Assembly (NCBI RefSeq): GCF_004010195.1
Contig: NC_057718.1
Span: forward strand, 99,559,822-99,623,821
Direction: 5' to 3'
From: Chiloscyllium plagiosum
Taxonomy: Eukaryota
Length of the DNA: 64,000 bases
This document shows positions 37,707 through 50,690 of the stretch, one piece after another. A program made the translations under genes and the position numbers. Each line of letters begins with the position of its first letter. The first letter of the stretch is position 1. The notes under the pieces were generated by a model that made no database searches, was not told the origin of the DNA, and worked only from the letters and a program-made list of their open reading frames with translations.

Positions 37707-37964
37707 GGGGTGGCATGGTGGCTCTAGCCTCGGGCGACTGTCTGTGTGGAGTTTGTACATTCTCCCCGTGTCTGTGTGGGTTTCCCCCGGGTGCTCCGGT
37801 TTCCTCCCATAATCCAATGATGTACAGGTCAGGTGAATTGGCCAGGCTAAATTGCCCGTAGTGTTACGTGCATTAGTCAGAGGGAAATGGGTCTGGGTGG
37901 ATTACTCTTTGTAATGTTGGGCTGAAGGGCCTGTTTCCACACTGTGGGGGAATCTAATCTAATC
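37707..37964 (+). mobile_element. HE1-type V-SINE (head partly deleted)
   Basis: V-domain and (ctaat)n tail. Confidence 0.9.
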
Positions 37965-38114
37965 AAACTGGGATATTACAGCAAGTGTAATAGAATTCAA
38001 CTTCTCTCCATGTTGCACTCTGAGGTGTTTCAGCACAGTTCCTTGATAGTTATGATAGATTCACTAGATTACAGATGGTTCACAAGATTACTTAAAATTC
38101 ATTAGATTAAGTAG

Positions 38115-38580
38115 ATTACAACAGGTTCACTAGATTGATTCCAGAGATGAGAGGTTTATTTTATGAAGAGAGGTTGAACAGTTTAGGCCCGAGTTTAGAA
38201 GAATGAGAGGTGATCAAATTGAGGTCTATAAGATACAAAAGAGGATGGACAAAGTAGACGTAGAGAGGATGTTAACTCATGTGGAATAATCTAGAATGAG
38301 AGGTCACGGTTTTAGAAACGGGGTGACAGATTTAAAACAGAGATGAGGAGAAATTACTTCTCTCGAAGGATCAAGAATCTGTGGAATTCACTTCCCAGAG
38401 TGTGGTGGATGCTGGAACATTGGGTAACTGTAAGGCGGAGATAGTCAGGCTTTTAATTAATAACGGGTTGTGGAGAGAGGGCAGGAAAGTGGAGTTGAGG
38501 CCGAGTTGAGATCAGCCATGATCATATTAAAGGGCGGGGCAGACTCGAGGGGCTGAATGGCCTCCTCCTGTTCCTATGTC
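38115..38580 (+). mobile_element. CR1 3' fragment
   Basis: RFTRLIPEMRG..YEERL; gagatgaggagaaattacttc; atcagccatgatc. Confidence 0.85.
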
Positions 38581-39319
38581 ATCGTGTATAATACATTCCA
38601 CATCAGACATGCATCCTGAGAGTAAATTCCATCTACACCTGCCTCATCAAAGGTTATAGGATCCATTTGCAGTGATTGCTGACGGCAAACAATTATTGCA
38701 AGGGCATCTCACTTGTTAAACATTACACTTTCTTCAAATCAGCTCTTAAGACTGAGCAGTATTTCCTTCGATGTAATTTAAAAAATGAACCAGATACTAT
38801 TTTCGCTCCCCCCCAAATCAATCTTGAGGAAACATATTTATGTGAACACCCATGAGAGTGTTATTGGATAAGGTCGGGTCCAGCTAACAAAATGCTTCGA
38901 AACTGGACCCAGAGGTCTAATAATAAAACAAAACAATAAACACACTGAATGGTGAGGAACAATTTACACCTACTAAATACATTTGTTCTGATGAATGATG
39001 TGATACCGTCCCCACAGCTTGGGAAATTTACACGCGATTGAAGTTGCATTAGGCGAAATGAAATATGCTTCCTGAACATGGTCTTTGACAGCCTCTGTGA
39101 CCTCAGAGCAGAATAAGGAGTATTATATGATTAATCCTTGGGTCATTATCCCTTTAGAATGACTCTGACACTGTATTGTAATTTCTAAGCCTGGAATTTG
39201 GTCTCAATGTTCGTAACTGATGCATCCAACTCGCTGAACTGTGTTAAAGTTTCCTCTTTAACTCTTTGAAGGCCATGGGTTGACTTTTGCCATTCGTTTT
39301 CAGGAAACTGACTCCATAA

Positions 39320-40445
39320 GTCATCGAATCAAACAGATGTACAGCACAGAAACAGACCCTTCGGTCCAACTCGTCCATGCCGGCCAGATATCCGAAATTA
39401 ATCTAGTCCCATTTGCCAATATTTAGCCCTTATCCCTCTAAACCCTTCCTACTCATATACCCATCCAGGTGCCTTTTTAATGCTGTAACTGTACCAGCCT
39501 CCACCACTTCCTCTGGCAGCTCATTCCATACGTGTACCACCCTCTGTGTGAAAACGTTGCCCCTTAGGTCTCCTTTAAATCTTTCCCTCTCACCCTAAAC
39601 TTATGCCTTCTAGTACTGGACTCCCCGACCCCATGGAAAAGACCTTGTCTATTTATCATATCGATGCTCCTCATGATTTTGTAAACCTCTATAAGGTCAC
39701 TCCTCAGCCTCCAACACTCCGGGGAAAACAGCCCCAGCCTGTTCAGCCTCTCCCTGTAGCTCAGATCCTCCAACCCTGGCAACATCCTTGTAAATCTTTT
39801 CTGAACCCTTTCAAGTTTAACACCACCCTTCCTATAGCAAGGAGAGCAGAACTGAACCTTGCATTCCAAAAGTGGCCTAACCAACGTCCTGTATAACCTC
39901 AACATGACCTCCCAACCCCTGTACTTAATGCACTGACCAATTGCCTTTATTGGTCAGAGTATTGAGTACAGGGGTTGGGAGGTCATGTTGAGGTTATACA
40001 GGACGTTGGCAATAAAGGCCTTCTTCACTATCCAATCTACCCGAGAATCCACTTTCAAGGAGCTATGAAACTGCACTCTAAGGTCTCTTTGTTCAGCAAT
40101 ACTCCCCAAGACCTTACCATTAAGTTTATAAGGCAAAAGTGAGGACTGCAGATACTGGAGATCACAGTCTAGATTAGTGAGGTGCTGGAAAAGCACAGCA
40201 GGTCAGCAGCATCCGAGGAGCAAGAAAATCACGTTTCGGGCCTGATGGAGGGCTTTTGCCCAAAACGCCGATTTTCCTGCTCCTCGGATGCTACCTGACC
40301 TGCTGTGCTTTTCCAGCATCATTCTAATCTTGACATTAGGTGTATACGTCATGCCCTGATTTGTTTAGCCAAAATACAGCATCTCGCATTTATCTTGATT
40401 AAATTCCATATGCCACACCTTGGCCCATCGGCCCATCTGATCAAC
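39320..40445 (-). mobile_element. CR1 3' fragment with an internal inverted duplication and a Penelope unit (~40131-40334)
   Basis: LRLYRTLVRPLLE...KLERVQKRFTRMLPGLE; inverted segment at 39941-40009. Confidence 0.9.
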
Positions 40446-40723
40446 CCCCAAGATGATTCTTGCTCCCTCACCACCATTCGTGCCTCCCCCGGAGGTGGGG
40501 GAGGGGGGGGGGGGGGTGTTGCTAAAGATGGTGGTCAACCCTACGAAGCTGGTGCCTCATTCAGATGGCAGACTGGCAGCTCAGAGTCCAATGGGTGGGG
40601 AAGGGGTTTCTCCTGGGGCAGGCGGGTGACGCTGAGGCTGCAGTAAGATGGGGAGAGGGGGAGTAAGGAGTAACTATACTTCAGGATCACTGCAACCAGT
40701 TGGCCATGCTGATCTGTGTGTGG

Positions 40724-40859
40724 TAAAAACAATGACTGCAGATGCTGGAAACCAGATTCTGGATCAGTGGTGCTGGAAGAGCACAGCAGTTCAGGCAGCA
40801 TCCAACGAGCAGCGAAATCGACGTTTCGGGCAAAAGCCCTTCAGCAGGAATAAAGGCAG
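40724..40859 (-). mobile_element. Penelope-like family A' unit with a 14-bp TSD
   Basis: tgatctgtgtgtgg at 40710-40723 and 40860-40873; same variant as 59207-59332. Confidence 0.85.
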
Positions 40860-41764
40860 TGATCTGTGTGTGGGTGGAGTTGTAGGGAGTTGGGGGGGTT
40901 GGTGGGGTGTAGGAGGACAATAGAGATACAGGGGAATCTCTCTCTATAGCAACCCCTGCTCCCAAACATCCCTAAGACGCACATCCTCCATGAAGCTGGT
41001 TGGTGTTCTTCTAATAAGATGGGGGTGAGAAAGGAGGTGGTGGGGGGGAGAGGGATCCACACCACTGTTGGCTCAATGCCAACTTCCTTGCAAGAGGCCC
41101 TTCGTTGTCTATGTGTCTGCTGGTACAACTGCCCAGGATCAAGGAACCAGCTCACCTTTGCTTTACATTCTTGTGTACCCCAACATCCCTGTGCTACCCT
41201 TGGCAACCCATCACTGGGCATCGCTCCCGAGGGCTGGTGGGGGAAATTAACATTGTCAAGGCCCTCATTAGGGACTGCCTTGCCACCATTTCGCCATCCT
41301 GCCCCACGCGAAGGTCAGTGGCTCGATGAAGGCAGCCTCCCTGTGGGAGAGCAATGCCAGGGAGGGGCCTATGCTTCTCCTGGCTGCAGCAGTGGCACGA
41401 TCGGTCCATTGGAGGAGATTATCGGCCCAAGCACCTGCCTGAATGGCCACGTCCTGCTGTCTCAATCCCAGATGGGTTCTCTAACCTGCTGCAGCCATGC
41501 CCACCTCTCATGGTGTGGTCACTGAGGCTAGGACCCTGTCTGATTGGGGCCAGTTGGGTTGGGAGTCCATGGATAGTGAAGCAGGAAGTGACCATTTCGG
41601 AGGTCTCCCCGGGACACTTATTCAGACTGTCCTGGTCCTAGTTTACGCTGGCTCAGGGTCTTCATTAGATCCCAGCAGCAGGGTCCCATGGCAATGTCCA
41701 TGCCCCTGGCCCTGCATGGTATCTCACTGGCAAAACACCATCCTTACAGAATGTGGAAAGAAGA

Positions 41765-41925
41765 TTTTAAAAGGCATCTGGAATGGGTTTATGAATAGGA
41801 AGGATTAAGAGGGATATGGGCCAAGTGCTGGCAAATGGGACTAGATTGGGTTGGGATATCTGGTCAGCATGGACGGGTTGGACCGAGGGGTCTGTTTCCA
41901 TGCTGTACATCTCTATGACTCAATG
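41765..41925 (+). mobile_element. CR1 3'UTR fragment
   Basis: tttaaaaggcatctgga ... catctctatgactc. Confidence 0.85.
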
Positions 41926-42217
41926 GCTCTAAGATCTGAATCTGTTCAACATCAAACAAAGGTTCCAATTACCTCAGAGCACTCTCCCCAAAGATTTTCT
42001 CCTTATTTGGGTAAAATGATTGGATTGTACCAACAGGAATAATCAGACCAGTAATAAAACCCAATGTTACTGAGCACTGTCACCATGCAAAAGAGCAAAA
42101 CTTCTGCAGCAGAGTCATACCAGACTCACAACGTTAGCTCTGTTTCTCTCTCCACAGAGGCTGCCAGACCTGTTGAGTTTCTCCAGCACTCTCTGTTTCT
42201 ATTTCCCATTCACATTG

Positions 42218-42535
42218 TTAGATTAGATTACTTACAGTGTGGAAACAGGCCCTTCGGCCCAACAAGTCCACACCAACCCTCCGAAGAGCAACCCACCCCA
42301 GACCCATTCCCCTACATTTCCCCCTTCACCTAACACTACGGGTAATTTAGCATGGCCAATTCACCTGACCTGTACATTTTTGGACTGTGGGAGGAAACCG
42401 GAGCACCCGGAGGAAACCCACGCAGACACGGGGAGAATGTGCAAACTCCACACAGTCAGTCGCCTGAGGCAGGAATTGAACCTGGGTCTCTGGCGCTGTG
42501 AGGCAGCAGTGCTAACCACTGTGCCACCATGCCAC
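42218..42535 (-). mobile_element. HE1-type V-SINE, young subfamily
   Basis: (ttaga)n tail; near-identical to 27080-27392. Confidence 0.95.
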
Positions 42536-42929
42536 TCGTAAATCTGATCTACACTGGTGCCCTGTCCAACAACGCTTTGATTCATACCCATTCGAGCTGA
42601 TTTTCTTTTTGAAAAAGGGGTTCTTCCAAAAGGTTTTTGCAAAAAAAAAGTAAACATTTTTCTGCGAGTTTTCATTCCACCGACGGGAAAGAGTTGCAGT
42701 CGAGCCTTGTGTTTAGTATTCACGTGACCGTGAGCGTGGCGGGCACTCCAATGTATCTCAGCACAATTCTCCCAGATTCAGGCAGCTTTAAGCTCAAACA
42801 TTAGGGTTACTTATGAAATGATTTCATTAACACTTTGGCAAGTAACAGTTAGAAGTTTTCTAAAGATACAGTTACAGAGAAATAGTGTAACTGAACACCA
42901 AACAAGTCACGTCCATCTTTTTCCATAGA

Positions 42930-44150
42930 CATAACATTTAGGAGCAGAATTAAGCCATTTGGCCCATCGGGTTGGCTCTGCCATGCGATCATTGCTGTTA
43001 TGTTCCTCAACCCCAATCTCCTGCTTCCTTCCTTAAACCCTTACCAATCAAAACTCTACCTATCTCTGTCTTTAATACACTCAAAGGCTTGGCTTCCACA
43101 GCTCTCTGCAGCAATTAGTTCCACAGATTTCCCACTCTCTGGCTGAAGACATTCCTCCTCATCTCAGCTTTAAAGGGTCGTCCCTTCCCTCTGAGGCTGT
43201 GCCCTCAGGCCCTAGACCCTCCTACTAGTGAAAATATCTTCTCATCTACATTATCAAGGCCTCTCGATATTTTGTAAATTTCAATTAGATCCCCCTCATC
43301 TTTCTAAACTCCATTGGTGACAGACTCAGAGTTCTCAACAGTTCTTCCTACAGTAAACCCTTTGTGCTGGGGATCATTCTTGTGAATCTCCTCTGAACTC
43401 CCTCCAAGACCAGCACATCCTTTCTTAGATACAGGGCTCAAAACTGCAATGAATACTTGCATTGCATTTGCCTTCCTAACTGCCAACTGAACCTGCATGT
43501 TAACCTTAAGAAAATCCCGAATTAAGATTCCCAAGTCCCTTTGTGCTTCAGACGTCTGAAGCTTTTCCCCCTTTAGAAAATGGTCTGTTTCTCTATTCTT
43601 CCGACCAAAGTGCATAACATCACACTTACCACATCTGCCACTTTGTTGCCCACTCTCCTAGTCTGTCCAAGTCCTTCTGCAAACTCCCCGCTTCCTCAAC
43701 ACTATCTGTCTCTTCACCTATCTTTGGGTCATCTGCAAACCTAGTAACAATGCCCTGAGTTCCTTGTCCAGACCGTTAATGTATACACTGACCCCTGCAG
43801 AACTCCACTACTCACTGCCTGCCATCCTCAATAAAAAACCCTTGTCCCCACTCTCTGCCTTCTGCCAATCACCCTATCTATGTCAGTGCCTTGCCCCTAA
43901 CAGCACGAGCTCTTGTCTTATTGAGCAGCCTCCTGTGTGACACCTTGTCAAAGGCCTTCTGGAAATCCAAACAGGTCACATCCACTGGCTCTGCTTTGTC
44001 CAACTTGCTCATTCCCACCTGAAAGAATTCTGATTTGTCAGTCCTGACCTCCCCTTGACGAAACTGTGCAGACTCAGCCATGTTTTACCATGCTCTTCCA
44101 AGTACTCTGCACTCTCACCCTTAATAATGGGCTATAAAATCTTATCCACG
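42930..44150 (-). mobile_element. Decayed CR1 LINE (RT through 3' end, with deletions)
   Basis: LDFQKAFDKVSHRRLL; MHFGRKN...QRDLGILI; RFADDPK-like remnant near 43725. Confidence 0.9.
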
Positions 44151-44581
44151 TAAGATTTCTGACTGAGAGGAATGGAGAGAGATTACTCATCGAGACTACA
44201 ATGTCCTGTGTATAATCAATGCCCAGAAATGTATGCATTACTTCCCAAGATGATCAAACCAATATCTCGTAAAAATTCAACAAAATGTTGTTGTTTCTGT
44301 ATAATTATCCTGCTCCTTATTTTTGTGGGATTTCTACCCAGTGCTCCATCACTTGAAGGTTATTGGAATCTCTCCCTTCCATTGCAAGTGTGCACAACTT
44401 AGGTTGTAATTTAGAAAGAAAGAACTTACACTGATTTTCAGACATGCTTTATTTCACTAGTTCCATGGTGTTTTGTTGCATTTCTTTCAGCTTTGAACAG
44501 TGTTCACTTAAAATCTCTCTGTGTTTTCTCCCGCAATCTTCCTCGTGGTCTGTAACAACTAAAATAAGGGTCACTATTTTG

Positions 44582-44898
44582 TGGGCAGCACGGTGGCGAG
44601 CACTGCTGCCTCACAGCGCCAGAAACCAGGGTTCAATTCCTGCCTCAGGCAACTGTCTGTGTGGAGTTTGCACATTCTCCCCGTGTTTGTGTGGGTTTCC
44701 TCCGGGTGCTCCGGTTTCCTCCCACAGTCCAAAGATGTGCAGGTTAGGTGAATTGGCCATGCTAAATTGCCCCATAGTGTTAGGTGAAGGGGTAAATGCA
44801 GGGGAATGGGTCTGATGGGTAGCTCTTTGGAGGGTCAGTGTGGACTTGTTAGGCCAAAGGGCCTGTTTCTACATTGTAAGTAATCTAATCTAATCTAA
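44582..44898 (+). mobile_element. HE1-type V-SINE
   Basis: V-domain and (ctaat)n tail. Confidence 0.9.
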
Positions 44899-44974
44899 TA
44901 TCACTTTTTCTTTATGCACAGGATGTGTGGGTTCCAACCAAGGTCATTGTTTACTGCCCATTCCCAAATTGGTG

Positions 44975-45225
44975 TAGAATCCCTTCAATAGGGAAAGATT
45001 TGGCCCATCAAACCCACACCGACCCTTTAAAGAGCATTCTACCCAGACACACCAACCCCTCCACCCTAACCACACAACTTCAGACTGTGGGAGGAAACCC
45101 ACACAGACACGGGGAGAACTTGCAAACTCCACACAGTCCAACGTGCAAACTCCTGACCCAAGGATGGAATCGAGCCCAGGTCCCTGGCCGTGTGAAGCAG
45201 CCATGCTAACCATTGAGCCACCGTA
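44975..45225 (-). mobile_element. HE1-type V-SINE (degenerate)
   Basis: HE1 reverse complement with deletions. Confidence 0.75.
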
Positions 45226-45653
45226 CCTTCAGAGATTGGTGATGACCTGCCTTCTTAACCCACTGCATTCCATGTGCTGAAGGTGCTCATAGAGTGCAGT
45301 GAGGCAGCAGGACAATGAAAGAACAGTGATGTAACTCCAAGTCAGAAGTGAGTGTGATTTAATTTGGAGGGGTATGTGAAGGTTATGGTGACCCCATGCT
45401 TCTGCTGATCTTGTCCTTCTGGGTAGTACAGGTCACAGGTTTGGAGCGCTGACCAAGGGGCAGTGCTCCGAAAGCTTGTGACCTCAGATGTACCTGTTGG
45501 ACTATAACCTGGTGTCATGTGACTTTTGACGTTGTCCATCCCAGACCAACATCATTGGCTATTCTTGTAGCCACAGAGTTTGCAAGCCAGTCATTGAAAC
45601 CAAAAAGGTGGTTCAAAAACTGCAGCGTGCCCCCATTTGAAGAGTTACTTGAC

Positions 45654-45980
45654 ATTGAATTGAATTGAATTGAGTTGAATGTATTTATTGTCACGTGTAC
45701 CGAGACACAGTGAAAAGCTTTGTCTTGTGAGCAATACAGGCAGATCACAGAGTTAAGTAGCATAGAGAAGTAAATAATAGGTAAACAGTGGCAAAAACAA
45801 AAACATAGGTACAAGCGAATGTTAAGAGTTTCTGAGTCCATTCAGTATTCTAACAACAGTAGGGTAGAAACTGTTATGAAACCGGCTGGTGCGTGTGTTC
45901 AGACTTCTCCCCAATGGTAGAGGTTGTAGAAAAACATTGCCAGGGCGGGATGGATCTTTGAGAATGCTGGCGGCCTTTCC
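45654..45980 (-). mobile_element. Rex1/Babar-type LINE 3' fragment
   Basis: (attga)n tail; minus-strand KAASILKDPSRPG...NSFYPTVVRILN remnants. Confidence 0.7.
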
Positions 45981-46521
45981 TATCCCTCTCGTCTCCCTCA
46001 AACGATTAATCCTCTCTCACCTGTACAGGCTGCTATCCTGCTTCCAAAGGCTCCAATCTTGCAAACCAAGGTTGAGAGATAACCTTCTTAATTCATTGGC
46101 TGATAGCATTTGCTGACAACAGCCCCTGATCACTGCGTGCCAGTTTGTAATACACATTCCCACATCTCCATGGCTTCATTGAGTACACAAACCCATAATG
46201 TCAGCATCACCTTTGTTTGTGATGCCACTGTGTTTAGTCTTGGACCCATTATTAAACTGTCCCAAAGCACACAAACCAATGACCTTATCTTAAATTGGTG
46301 TTAGCATACAAAGGACACGTTAGTAAGTGAATTTGAAAAAGCAGGCTCGCCCATGCTGAAAATATGCTGTTTCCATCACTTTTGTCTGCATTTGTAAAAT
46401 CCCATGGAGCTTCAGAATGGGATCCTGAACGGTTTTGTATTAAATTGCAACAACATGAAATGTTTGGGTTTTATGTTCCAATGTAGGCTCATGAAATATT
46501 GCAAAAGTGGAAAGGGAAGGA

Positions 46522-46790
46522 AATTATTGGGCTGGTTCATTTCAAATTTATCGATCTGACCCACAGAGAAAATGCGAGCTGCGAAGAGACAGATGCATTT
46601 CATGTTTCGTGCACAATCAATATCTTATCTCTGATACATCTCATCATAATAATAGCAGCATGTGATCTGAAGTCATGTGAAGGAAGCACATACTGGATTG
46701 TTAACTCTTTCAGGGGAACCACTCTGATTGGATTGACTGCCTGTGGTCAAATATTTGCTTTAGGGTAGTTCAATCCATTCTATTCAAAGC
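46522..46790 (+). repeat. Local duplication, copy 1 (copy 2 at 48503-48766)
   Basis: 42-bp identical core at 46541-46582 and 48518-48559; collinear similarity over ~265 bp. Confidence 0.9.
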
Positions 46791-47494
46791 ATTAACATTG
46801 AAAATTAAAGTTACAAACTTCTTTAATGACAACAGAGTGCAAGTGCAGGCCATTCAGCCCTTTGATTCTGATCTCCCATTGAAAACCTTCATGGTGGATA
46901 TTCCACCTCAACCCCGCCTTAGCACACAATCCCTTAGAATTTCAAAATCTGTTGATCACTGCATGTCAGAACTCTCTCCAGAGTACAGAATTACAAAGAA
47001 TTATAAGTTTTGAGCAAATGAAATTTCTCCACAATATAGGAATCTCATTTGGACATTGGGAAAATGGGATTAGAATAGTCAGATGCCTGTTTTTGACCAG
47101 AACAGAGTTGATGGGCTGAAGGGTGTTTTGTCTGTGTTGGAAATCTCTATGACTTGCAGATTGAATACAAGGATAATAGAAATTGTTTGTATTTATTGTC
47201 AACAAACATTAATCATAGTAAGGATTTGTCTCACTTGCACCTTTTTTTTTCCCAGGGCATCAGTCTCCTGTGATTGGACATCATCACAATGTAGTTTCTC
47301 ATGCACATGCTCAGTAGTTATTCTCAGAGAACTGGGACAGACAACTCCTTAGTCTACCCTCTCTGGCTCTCCCTCTATTCTGATACTCTGATCCTAGACT
47401 CTCTCCATCCAGCAGAAACATCCTTGAACAACATCCAACCTGTCAAACTGCTCCACAGCCTTAATATATCTCAACAAGACCACTTCTCATTCTA

Positions 47495-48281
47495 GAGTTT
47501 AATTTGGAAAGGCAAATCAGGGCAGGACTTATATACTTAATGGTAAGATCCTGAGGAGTGTTGCTGAACAAAGAGACCTTAGAGTGCAGGTTCATAGCTC
47601 CTTGAAAGTAGAATCTCACGTAGATAGGATAGTAAAGAAGGTGTTTGGTATGCTTTCCTTTATTGGTCAGAGTATTGAGTGTAGGGGTTGGGAGGTCATG
47701 TTGCAGCTGTACAGGATATTGGTTAGGTCACTGTTGGAATATTGTGTACAATTCTGGTCTCCCTCCTATCGAAGGATGTTGTGAAACTTGAAAGGGTTCA
47801 GAAAGCTTTGCTAGGATGTTGCCAGGGTTGGAGGGTTTGAGGTATAGTGAGAGGCTGAATACACTGAGGCTGTTTTCCCTGGACAATTGGAGGCTGAGGG
47901 GTGATCTTATAGAGGTTTATAAAATCAATAGGAACATGGATAGGGCAAATAATTAAGGTCTTTTCCCTGGGTTGGGGGAGTCAGAACTAAAGGACATAGG
48001 GTTTAGTGTGAGAGGGGAAAGATCTGAATGGGACTAAAGGGGCAACTTTTTCACACAAAGAGTGGTACGTGTATAGAATGAGTTGCCAGAGGAAGTGGTG
48101 GAGGCTGGTACAGTTACAAAGTTTAAAAGGCATCTGGACGGGTATATGAATAGGAAGAGTTTAAAGGGATATGGGCCAAATGCTGGCAAATGGGACTAGA
48201 TTAGGTTGGGATATCTGGGTGGCATGGATGAGTTGGACTGAAGAGTCTGCATCCTTGCTGTACATCTCTCTGTCTCTATGA
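47495..48281 (+). mobile_element. CR1 3' fragment
   Basis: EQRDLRVQVHSSLKV...LLEYCVQFWSP; CR1 UTR. Confidence 0.9.
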
Positions 48282-48502
48282 CAATATAAATTTGAGAGAA
48301 AAAGGCCTAAAGCACTCAACATCTCCTCCCAGGACTACTACCCTAGCCCAGCCGTCAGTCTAATGAATCTTTATTGTACTTTCCATAAGGTCACCACACC
48401 ATCCCATGTACTGGGTGTTCCTAATGAAGGATCAGCAATCTCTCTATAATTGTAGGAGGGTTTCTTCAGTCTACACATGTATTCTTTTGACCGAAGCTTG
48501 AC

Positions 48503-48766
48503 AATTATCTGGCTCACTTCAAATTTATCGATCTGACCCACAGAGAAAATGCGAGCTGCAAAAAGGCAGATGCACAATCAATATCTTATCTCTGACACAG
48601 CTCATCATTATAATAGCATGTGATCTGGAGTCAAGTCAAGGAAGCACAAACTGGATTGTTAACTCTTTCATGGGGAATTCCAGGGAATTCAGGGGAACTC
48701 GGGCATGGATCGACTGCCTGTGGACATACGCTCGGTTTGGGACAGATCAATCCACTCCATGCACAG
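48503..48766 (+). repeat. Local duplication, copy 2
   Basis: See 46522-46790; lacks a 16-bp segment between tgca microhomologies. Confidence 0.9.
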
Positions 48767-49730
48767 CTTCCTGATTTGTTTGTTGGATCTGCCTGTTAAA
48801 TCTCTGATGGTTCATTTACAAGGGCCACCAAAATACCTCTGAACACTGGCAATTCCCAATCTCTGACCTTGTGGAAATGCATTGGGTGGAATTTTAAGCT
48901 CCCTCGCCAGGATGTTTGACGATACAATGGCCTATCCTCTGCCAATCCGCCCCTCACCCTGGCCTCCTAACCATTTTGCTGGAGGCATCAGGGAACCCAC
49001 TCAGACCTGGGCCAATTGCAGCTCTACAATGGTCCCCCTGCCTCCACTGCTAACGCATCCATCGTTAAGGGAGGCTGTCGCTTAAGGGGGTCTCCAAGGA
49101 GACTTTACAGTGCGGGATGGTGCCAGGCAAATGGGGGGAAGCATTTTCCACCTTTAAGACGTCCCCCCCGTGCCCATTAGAAGCATCCCACCTTCCCAAA
49201 AGGTAGGCACCTGCTTTGTATTGTCAACAAACCTGGCTTTGTTAGACTCAATCCCCTCCGGGATTGATTTAGATTGTGACAAACTAAGGGCCAGAGAGTA
49301 ATCCTGACAGCATCTAATTATTTACAATCCGCCAGCACCAAAATGGCGTCCTCAGTCCAATTCTCAGGTTCTATCCATTCACTCATCCTCAATCTGTGCT
49401 CAGAGGTGACTCACTCCCTCCCCCTCTCCCTCCCCCTAACATCCACACGCCCTAATTTTATGGTTTCACATCTGGCACCTTACCAAATGTTTTAGAAAAT
49501 CTAATTAGCCTGGCCCCCAGCACACCCACACGCAATGCAATCTCGATCCTAACCACTCGCTATCTGAAAATGTTTTTCCTCAGGTAGCCATGATGTGGGG
49601 GAGCCAGTGTTGGACTGGGGTGGACAAAGTTCAAAGTCACACAACTCTTGGTTATAGTCCAAAGGTTTATTTGGAAACACTAGCTTTCAGAGCGCTGCAT
49701 CTTCATCAGGTGGTTGTAGAGCAGGATTAG

Positions 49731-50028
49731 TGGGCGGCACGGTGGCACAGTGGTTAGCACTGCTGCCTCACAGCGCCAGAGACCCGGGTTCAATTCCCGC
49801 CTCAGGCGACTGACTGTGTGGAGTTTGCACGTTCTCCCCGTGTCTGCGTGGGTTTCCTCCGAGTGCTCCGGTTTCCTCCCACAGTCCAAAGATGTGCAGC
49901 TCAGGTGAATTGGCCATGCTAAATTTCCCGTAGTGTTAGGGGTATGGGTGGGTTGCGCTTCTGCGGGTTGGTGTGGACTTGTTGGGCCGAAGGGCCTGTT
50001 TCCACACTGTAATGTAATCTAATCTAAT
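49731..50028 (+). mobile_element. HE1-type V-SINE, young subfamily
   Basis: Diagnostic cctcaggcgactgactgtgtgg; (ctaat)n tail. Confidence 0.95.
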
Positions 50029-50280
50029 CATAAAACACAGAATTTATAGCAAAAGGGCACAGTGTCATCCAACTGAAATAATATATTGATCAAACCAAGA
50101 CTGGTTTTAAGTGCTGTTAAGAAATTCTGGGATTTACATATTAATGAACCAAAACCTGCAACCCATTCGAAAAGATAAAAGACTTAACAGCAATCTAGGT
50201 TTGTTCAATATATTGTTTCAGCTGCATGACACTGTGATCTTTTGCTATAAATTCTGTGTCTTATGATCCTGCTCCATTGC

Positions 50281-50315
50281 TACCTGATGAAGGAGCAGCG
50301 CTCCGAAAGCTAGTG
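50281..50315 (+). ncRNA. Putative minimal type I hammerhead ribozyme motif
   Basis: uac-CUGAUGA-a-GGAGC-agc-GCUCC-GAAA-GCUA-gug; palindromic AGCU helix III; CUA cleavage triplet. Confidence 0.65.
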
Positions 50316-50379
50316 CTTCCAAATAAACCTGTTGGACTATAACCTGCTGTTGTGCAATTTTTAACTTTCGCCTCAGTTC

Positions 50380-50690
50380 GTTACTGCTTCTTCTGCCAAT
50401 TACTTTAAATCTGTGTCCTCTTGTATTTGATCCTTCCATGAATGGGAAGGGGTTGTCTCGATCTGTATTCATCCTGACTGCTCATGATTCTGAACCTCTC
50501 CATCAGACCTTTTCTTCTGCTGGGAAAATGGTCCCATTTTCTCCAACGTCCCTGTGTAACTGGAGTCCTTTATCCCTGGACCCGTTTCTGTGAATCTCTC
50601 CTGCGCCTTCTCCAATACCCTTCACACCTTTCTAAAGCATGGCAGCCAGAACTGGACACAATAATCCAGCTGAGACTGAACCAAGTACTC
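50380..50690 (-). mobile_element. Old CR1 3' fragment
   Basis: FPFMEGSNTRGHRFKV; ccagaactggacaca (CVQFW). Confidence 0.7.

Larger units (their letters stand above)
49589..50368. mobile_element. Long Penelope-like family C inverted unit, interrupted by HE1
   Basis: Left arm 49630-49729 + 50029-50110 is the reverse complement of 50180-50368; intact hammerhead-like core at 50281-50315. Confidence 0.85.

Noticed and set aside
48883..49152. Possible Harbinger-like MITE (ggtggaa...ttccacc ends)
   Set aside because: Only ~7 bp of inverted match and no clear TSD; not enough support
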